DNA of 58,826 nucleotides, the filler included, from Jimgerdemannia flammicorona (Eukaryota): NCBI GenBank assembly GCA_003990765.1. It is 3 parts of 3 records of this genome, joined end to end, with 100 filler letters (N's around TTAATTAATTAA, not from the genome) between each part and the next. Parts side by side here need not be neighbours in the genome. Positions count along the whole stretch, not along the records: positions 39,291 to 58,826 come from RBNJ01001917.1; 2 more parts are not named here. One strand, 5' to 3'. Within the stretch, counting starts at the first letter, position 1; the number at the start of each line of letters is the position of its first letter. Shown here one piece after another: positions 51,210 to 58,826 of this stretch. The notes under the pieces were generated by a model, which had not been told where the DNA came from, made no database searches, and saw only the letters and a list, made by a program, of their open reading frames with translations. The translations under genes were made by a program, and so were the position numbers.

Positions 51210-53832
51210 ATATATCAACAGATCAGTCTTCAACAGTTCACAGTACTGATGATGCTTCAAGTCAAACATCCCTAATAGTTCCACACCTTCCATGTAATCC
51301 TCACTCCAAAATCTAACAATATTGTACTAAGATAGGAGATGATGTTGTTTGTAATTATTATAGGTAAAAAATTAAGATGCACCTATTGACACTTTTTGTT
51401 TTGACACATACATGATATTATTTCATCTACTCCTATAAACTGTATCAGCCAGAAGTTCAAAATGCTTGGTGGTATAACTTTGAACATGAATCAATACATA
51501 AAAGACAAGCACTCTAACAAAATCAAAATGAACATGGAGACAAATAAAATTGACATCCAAGCTGTGGTAGGTATGTTTATCTGATTGCCCAACCATTTCT
51601 ATACCAACAATGCCATTTAATCAAAAATATTTAGCCATACTCTTTAGCAGAATTTCGAAATCGGCTCATTCGCTAGATTGTGTGCACAGACCAGTCATTC
51701 ATAACTATCGAGAGTGATCAATTGCATAGCATCTTTGGTCTTCTCAAGCATGATTTATATTTGCCAAGTGCCAATACTATTCACAAAGATGTCCTGGAGG
51801 CCTATAGAAAGGAGCATGATAATCTCTGCCAGACACTTTAGGTAAAATAAGAGCAGTACCATGACCTTTGCAAGCTGAATTATATAAAAGAGCTCACCAA
51901 TTTAACCTCACATTCAATAAGCAGAATTTGGCAGGCAAAATTTTGTTTATGATCAACACATAGACATCCCTCAATGCAATTTCATTTCTGGGTATTACCA
52001 GTCATTAGATTGACCTTGATTGGCAGCTTAAATTTCTCACCCTCGACTTCATCAAACTTGCTGGCCCTCATTTTGGAGATAATATTACAGATGCTTTTAT
52101 TAATTGTATCCAGGAGCTTGGGATCACAACCAAGGTAAAAAAGGGGGGCTTACCATCAGGTTGGCATTTTGAGGGAGGTCTTAAAATAAACCAGATTTTA
52201 TTGGTTATTTATTTTTACATAAATATGCCAACTGAATATTTCAAGTACAGATTTTGGCTATTATAATAGACAATGCTACAAACAACTCAATATTTTTCCA
52301 AGTTTTAGCAGCTAGCCTCAAACAGGAAAATGTGGCCTTTAGTATAGAAAGCTGTCATATATGATGCCAGGCCCACATACTGAACCTCACTGTTCAGGAT
52401 TATCTTACGTACATAGACAAAACATCCGAGAGAGGAGGGGCCCTGAGTATAGTTTCCAAGCTACGCAAACTGGTTGTGTTGGTCTAATCATCCCCACAAT
52501 GACAAGACAAATTCACTATACAGTGTAGGGCAATCAGTTTAGCTCTGAAAGAGCTCATATTGGATGTCTGTATATGTTGGAACTCAACATTTGCAATGAT
52601 TCAGTGCATGCTGGAGTTTGCTGTAGTATGCATTCTTTTTTTCTTTGGTCAGCTGAAGTAACATGTTTCAGATAACTGAAGATTTATTTTTTAAAAAAAA
52701 AAAAAAAACAAAAAAAGCCAATAGATTCAATGGTGGCTGCTGATAAGGAAATACAGGCTGAGGCTCTAGGTGAAAGTGAGTGGGACATACTTAGGAATAT
52801 TGTCAGAGTTTTGGAAGTAAGTGGTGATTGCTCTGGCTCTACACTTGTTTGTCAGCCTCCACAGTCATTTTGTCTGCCTCTGCACAATGCAACACCTCAC
52901 TACATATAACTGCCAGTGTTTTGATGATTGTATGAAGGATATAGTCAAACAAATGACCCCGACAATAAGCTTGGTAATACCAGTATACAACCTTCTGATT
53001 GACTGGCTAGAGGACAAGCTCAAGGACAGTTGTGGTGATTTACGGTTGAGCCTGGATTAGAGAGATGCCATGGAGGTTGCTCTTAGCAAGCCTAGAAAAT
53101 ATTACTTCTAAACAGATACCACCATATACTCAATCAGTACAGGTATGTCAGTGTTGGTGTATGACCATTGCTCCTTCTAAAACAGAGGAACCTCTGCAAA
53201 AACTCACTCTTTTTTTTTCTTTGAACAGTGCTGGACCCATGCTTAAAGCTACAATACTATAAAGATCAGGGCTGGGAGCAGCACTTTATTGAGAGAACCA
53301 AGTGGGCTGTAATCAAAGTGTACTGGAAAAACTACATGCCACTACAAGGTTCTGGCCAAAGTCTGGATGAATATACCAAGAGATTCCTCCTGTCCCACAT
53401 TTACTTCAGCAGAAAGAGGAAGAGGGAGCCATTAGTAGAAGAGCTGCCATCAATAGACAATCTTACCATTTATCTCACCAGTGACCATGTGATACTGCTG
53501 GAGGGTGCAGAGGTGCTCAACTGATGGAAGGTGGCTTGTCAGGCAGGTTGTCAGGTGGGTTGTCAGGCAGGCATTAGGCGAATTTAACCCACCAATCTAA
53601 CTACCACTCTACCCACTGCTCTACTTACTGGGGCATGCAGCTGCATCAAACAGACTTCCCTAGTCTATGTGGTATGGCTTGGGACTATCTGGCAATTCCT
53701 GCCTCCAGTGCTCCTGTCGAGCAGGTGTACTCAGATGGGGTGGACCTCATTGCCCCAAAGAGGTGTACACTGAATGCTGAGACAATCTGGGCATATATGA
53801 GTCTGAAGTCTTAGTGGGGCTCAGGCCACTAA
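51210..53832 (+). pseudogene. hAT transposase with introns (BED finger, DDE core, C-terminal dimerisation domain)
   Basis: SKI(W)QYC..VVC (BED); (W)TSLNAISFLGITSH; LAGPH; IIDNATNN; WNSTFAM; LDPCLK; MAWDYLAIPASSAPVEQVYS. Confidence 0.9.
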
Positions 53833-53939
53833 AATTTGGTGAGTCCTGGGAGTTCGTGGATGAGTTGGTTGGCCTTGTGGATTATTTAATACCTTTCAAA
53901 AATAATAAAAAGGTTAAAAAATCTGAGGACTCAGCCCAG

Positions 53940-54780
53940 AGTTTGCGGCCCAAGTGGGGCAGTGGTTAGTAGAGAAGGGAGTATATAATATTTATAGCCC
54001 TCTGCTAGCAGCAAGGGGCAGCCCTGAGCTGTCAGTGCCCTGGCAGGTCAGTGGGTAGGCATGGGGTTGGTGGAGGGAGTACACAAAATCTACAGCCCTC
54101 TACTGGCAGCAAGGGGCAGCCCCAAGCCACAAGTGTCCAGGTCAGGGGGGTTGGTGGAGGGGGGGTTGACAGAGGGGGGGGTAGGTGGAGGGAGTGCACA
54201 AAATTTGCAACTCTCTGCCAGCAGCAAGGGACAGCTCCAAGCTGTCAGCACCTGGGTCAGTGGGCAGGATCAGTCAGAGGGGTTGGTGGGTGTGGGGTCA
54301 GCAGAGAGAGTGTACAAAATTTGCAGCCCTATACTGGTAGCAAGGGGCAGCCCCAAGCTACAAGTGTCTGGGATGGGCAGGGTAGGTGGAGGGAGTATAT
54401 AAGATTTGCAGCCCTCTGCCAGTAACATAGGGGCAGCCCAGAGCTGCCAAGGAGTCCAGGACAGAGGGTACTTCTGGTGGTCAGAGAGTGCTTCTGGCAG
54501 TCAGAGGGTATTTTTGGTGGTTGAAGGGTGCTTCCAGTGGTCGAAGTCCACTACAGATTCAGGCCCCATTGCCAGTTTGAGTCTCATGGGCACCCTGGCC
54601 AATAGGGCCCTATATAACAGCTAAGCTAGTACTATAGAAGAGGTGTTCGGCCTAACCCCCTACATAAGACTGCCTAACCTACACAAAATGACTGCCCAAC
54701 CCACACAAAATAACTGCTCAACCCACACAAAATGATTACAAAAGACTGCCTATCTCTCATGAAAGATTACCTAACCCTCA
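53940..54780. repeat. Internal tandem arrays of hAT copy 2 between the two convergent stop codons
   Basis: About five ~100-bp units (AAATTTGCAGCCCTCTGCCAGCAGCAAGGGGCAGCCCCAAGC), then ~20-bp units at 54460-54540 and 54650-54780. Confidence 0.85.
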
Positions 54781-56782
54781 CAAAAACTGCTCCACCTGTC
54801 AGTCCCAGGCCTTGATGAGCCTATCATCTGTTGTAAGTATGAGGACTGTTGTGTCCGAGCTCTCCTCAAAGGTGATGGTGCCATAGTGGTCATGTAGTTG
54901 GAAGAGAACAGCCATGTTGGCTGCAAACAGGACTCTGAAACCATAGGTGAGGTCATACTAGACTCCTCTGCTATCCTCCCAGGTTGGGCCCTTCCTTTTC
55001 AGGACATAAAACATTACTAGGGTAACATTGTTGTCTGTGTGTGTAGGCAGAGAAATGTTGCACCTGACATATTCTGATATGACATGAGCATATGGTTGGG
55101 TGAACCCTTGGCTCAGGACCTCATACTGCCAGGCTGTGCTGGTGGATACCTGCCCTTGGTCCAGCCCTGGGAGCCCTAGCTTGGAAATCTGCCAAAACAG
55201 ATGACAACCAGTCAGTCCTTTTTATATATGGGGGGGCAGAAACTCCCCAGGCTGCAGCACCCCAAAAAAGCAGAGCTCCTCACCTCATATAGCATACTAA
55301 ATTGCACCAAGAATGTATATACAGCTACACCAAGATCACCACTAAGCTGGCCTGCCATATGCTCTATCAATCTACTCAAAGAACCCCAGATTATAGCTGC
55401 CATTGCCACACAGGCCATGTCATACTTACATGTAGTTTGCTCTTCGATGGCACTTCTAAAGTTCTGGTAGGAGTACAGAATCTTGTGTATCCCTGAAATT
55501 ATATCAAAAAAGAGTATGTCGGCAAAGAGTGTGATTTATCTGGAGAGAAGGAAAAAAAAGAGAGATGAGTGTGGGGGATTTCAGAACTTCAGAACTCACT
55601 CTTTACCTGTATTGCAGTATACTCAATTCCCATCCAAACCCCCCCTCCTTGCTTTTTTCACCCCCTCTTTCCTGCCATCTGGTATTTGATGCAATCCTCG
55701 CAAATCTTGTTAATATGGTGGTAAAGCTCATCACCATAGAGATTCCTTACCACCATCATAACCACCTCTCTATATTCATTAATAATGATATAGTTCTCTT
55801 CATCATTGGCTACTCCTGCTGGCCAATGGACCCCTTGGTCAAGAACTATTAGCTCTGATTCGAATGTAGACCCCCAAGTCTTAATAATGATGCTGGTATT
55901 GCTCATGCTGAACATCTTGCCCTCGAATTTCTCTATTTGATCAGATACTGGATATGGTTAAACTCAGGTAATTTTGAACTCTCCTTTCCAATGGAACTGA
56001 GCTCTGATCTGAGAGACCAAGATAAGTATGTAGATGGGTTGCATGCAGATGGGTTACATGTAGATGGATTGCATATGGATGGGTTGCATGCAGATGGGTT
56101 GCATGTAGGTGTGGGTGTTTTTTAGGGGAGACCACATAAAAAATGAAATTAAATAAAACATAGAGATGGGTATTTTAGAAAAAGAGCATAAGTGAGTGAG
56201 CTGCATGCTGACAAGTTGCACGAGTTGCACAAGATTGCTCACGAAGGCTTGCTTCTGTTTCTTTTGAGACCTCCACCACATGATGTATTGACTCAACAGT
56301 TTAGCCACCAAAGGCATACTCTGCAACATCTGCCAGCCTTTCTTCATCTTGATCAGATGTTGTAAATAAAGTTGGCAGATCTCGCCATAGAGCTGTGGAC
56401 CCTAAGAAAAGCACAAGGTGAATTGGGTCATGCTGGGGAAATTTAAATAAATACAAGTAAACAAGTGGTAGCTGAGTGAGCAACCTATATCTACTATTGG
56501 CTGCTCCAAAAAGGCTGCCATGTACATAGCTGTGAGGTCTGTGAATTCTGAGGTCCAAAGGGCTGCCATGAGTTGTTGCCAGAATTCTCCCTTATCCCCA
56601 CCATTGCTACTGCCATCACCATCACCACCACCATCACCATTGCCATCGCCACCACCATCACCACTGCTGTCACTCCTTTGGCTCTCGATGAGCAGCTTGT
56701 ATGCTGCCCATATGAGAAAAAATCTAATATTGTCAGCAGAGAGTGCATTTCTACCTCAAATACTCCCTCTTTTGATGATCAT
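54778..56782 (-). pseudogene. hAT cargo gene: putative TET/JBP-like 2OG-Fe(II) dioxygenase (~5 exons, ~500 aa)
   Basis: Phase-0 GT..AG introns at 55606-55540 and 55283-55189. Last exon reads ISKLGLPGLD...CNISLPTHTDNNVTLVMFYVLKR...SRGV(W)YDLTYGFRVLFAANMAVLFQLHDHYGTIT...DRLIKAW. HxD at 55041-55033; H-Y-G-T at 54888-54877. Family call by motif recognition only. Confidence 0.65.
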
Positions 56783-57186
56783 TGTAGGGTGAAAAATGAG
56801 TAAACTGGACCAACATATGAAATTAAGGGCTGCTGTTTTGTTTGCTCATGATGCAGTAGGAAAGAATAAAGAAAAAAAACAAAGAAAAGAGAGGGAGCAA
56901 AGAAAAAGAACAAAGAAAAGAGAGGGAACAAAAGGAAAGAGTGATGTCACCAAAGTGCAGCAGAAAAAAAAAAACAAGAGTGAAATAAACAAAAGAAAGA
57001 GTGATGCTACTAAAGATTTCAATCTAAATGGATTAATCCAGATAGATCAATCTGGATGGATCAATCTGGATCAATCTGGATCAATCTGGATCAGATCATG
57101 AGACCAATCCAAGTTGATTCGAATCTATCACATGACAAACCTGAATTGAATCTCATCTGGATCAACTCCATCTATTTGGAGCACTA

Positions 57187-57787
57187 GTCAGGGTGATCTT
57201 TCTGTCTTCATAGGTCAGATTAACTACATTGGTCCTCTAGTTGATATCTGGGTTATACTGGGTTAACCAGGCTTTTTCTAGAACTATGTCTTGTCCTAAA
57301 AGGTCTATAATACTGAAGTCCAACTTCTCTTAATATTTGTCAATTTTGAGTAATAGGTCCTTGGCAGACTTGCTATTATCAAAGATAACACTTCTTTTTT
57401 CAGTAGCTGGTCTGCTTTAGACTCCAATCCTTCTAGCAGTCTTGGTGCTGATATAGTTTCTACTGTTCAGTAGGACATTGACATTCTATCTATAAACTTG
57501 GTCTGTGAACTTAATGTAACTGTTCTCCTTCTTGATAGTGTTGAGCACTTCATTCTCATTATTCCAATTGCTGTCAGTCTTCTCAAAGTCAGTCTCTTCC
57601 CATCTTTCACAAAGAGGATAGTCTTGTTTGGATTCCTCAGTTTGTTGGGCTTAGTGTCTTTCAGAATTGATTTTGAAAACCTTAAAGAGATATGCATGGC
57701 ATTCACTAATATATTCTATATAGTATATTCAGATAGAATGAGAGAATCATCTATATAATGTATAACTATCTGTAATTCTCTTGTATC
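57187..57787 (-). pseudogene. Gypsy gag end / protease fragment (continuation of 49870-50796)
   Basis: 57187-57300 is the reverse complement of a 39610-39720 homologue; decayed LL(D)S(G) protease site at ~57470. Confidence 0.8.
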
Positions 57788-58120
57788 TTTTTTTTTTTTT
57801 TTTTTTTTTTTTATAAAATGAGTAGAGAATAGAGGAATAGTTTAGAGCGAGATGTGATACTGTTATGGCAAATATGAAGATTGGCAGTAAAAGGTCAAGT
57901 AGTTGAAAATGATAAGCTTTAGTTGTGAATTTTCATGATAGAATGGAGAAGCGGAATAAACTGTTTTCTGAAGCAAGGTACAATAGATCTGCAACTGTCC
58001 ATGGCACCACAATATATAGTGGTCTTTATTCGATTTGGAGAACAAAGTTTGGATAAACAAAGATATGGATCTAACCCCAGAATTTCAGAATTGGATAGGT
58101 ATATAAGTACCCAGACCTTA
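57788..58120 (-). other. Short polyadenylated insert of unknown origin
   Basis: T run 57788-57812 followed by ~310 bp not matching the LINE 3' UTRs in this window. Confidence 0.35.
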
Positions 58121-58826
58121 ATCTTGGAGATGGGGTGGAGTGTCAGCAGGGTCTTGGCCAGGATCTAAGGCCAAGTGACTGGCAGGGGGCAGGGATCGGT
58201 GAGGAGTGGGACTGGGTGGGTATCTGGTCTTGGAGTGCTGAGGTGCAGAGATGGCTTCCTTCCAAGTACTGGGTGGTATGGTGGCGAATGCTGTGGAGGA
58301 ATGTCATGCTGAATTTTCATACTGGGCATCTGGTGGATGGTGGCCATTTTGATTGTGAGGAGTGTTACAATGTAGGGCAAGCTGGGGGATTTGTGCAGAT
58401 GCCGGAACATTGGCTGGGAGAGTGTGAGGTATTGGGAAACTTTTGGGTAGAAATAGGAAATAGACTGGGTATAGAGCGGAGGCTGGCGGGTGTGGGAGGC
58501 CGCTGGGAGGACTTGAGATCTCGGCTTGTGGGGGGGGTGGGCGATAGTTGGATCACTGTAGGGTGGGTGTTGGCAATGTGGGTGGGGATGGCGGGCCATT
58601 GGCTTTTGTATTTGAGGAGGGGCAGCAGGTGGGGTGCCGGGAGAAGGTATTATAGTGGGAGGAGCTGTTGGGAGATCTTTTGACTGGATGGTGGGTGGGC
58701 TGGGGTCCTCAGGGTGGATGCCGTCACAGTTTGGTGGCAAGGATTTGTGAGCAGAGTGGAGGGAGGGTGGAAATGGTATTAGACAAGGTGGTCTTTCATA
58801 GGGAAGGAGTAGGGGGGGGGGGCCCC
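58121..58826 (+). mobile_element. LINE ORF2 C-terminal fragment
   Basis: ORF 58135-58683 with FDCEEC...MPEHWLGECE matches the other copies. Confidence 0.88.

Larger units (their letters stand above)
50797..57186 (+). mobile_element. Complete hAT DNA transposon (6390 bp) with cargo gene
   Basis: TIRs TAGTGCTCCGAAT / ATTTGGAGCACTA; 8-bp TSD GTCAGAAT/GTCAGGGT; flanks rejoin into contiguous Gypsy protease-RT sequence; subterminal AATCC/GATC repeat arrays. Confidence 0.93.

Noticed and set aside
53940..54560. Repeat-spacer-like periodicity suggesting a CRISPR array
   Set aside because: Units are long, degenerate tandem duplicates with related 'spacers', there are no cas genes, and the context is a eukaryotic transposon.
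54771..54956. ORF-track protein MTSPMVSESC... as the cargo product
   Set aside because: Wrong frame. The adjacent frame, continuous from the 55188 splice acceptor, carries the HxD and YGFRV...HYGT motifs.

Overview
Eukaryotic, most likely fungal, heterochromatin-like window made almost entirely of nested, mutationally inactivated transposons. No host gene is supported. Pervasive C>T/G>A transitions (RIP-like and/or methyl-C deamination) have broken nearly every ORF. Two artificial 100-bp linkers (N44-TTAATTAATTAA-N44) join three contigs. Contents: about ten L1-clade-like LINE copies (one full length), three Ty3/Gypsy pieces (one a chromovirus with PPT and 3' LTR), solo-LTR-like elements, one DD34E Tc1 element, two large hAT elements (one complete with an 8-bp TSD) and hAT derivatives. 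Two observations stand out. (1) The 6.4-kb hAT element carries, convergent to its transposase, a multi-exon cargo gene whose reconstructed product has an HxD...H(x)GT 2OG-Fe(II) dioxygenase core resembling fungal TET/JBP proteins. It is a candidate transposon-borne anti-methylation/anti-silencing module and is present in both copies. (2) A previously unrecognised ~270-310 aa accessory ORF family occurs in four copies from three LTR-element families, once in the env-like slot between pol and the PPT and otherwise inside TG...CA LTR-like units. Family assignments come from by-eye motif recognition, not database searches, and some boundaries are approximate.
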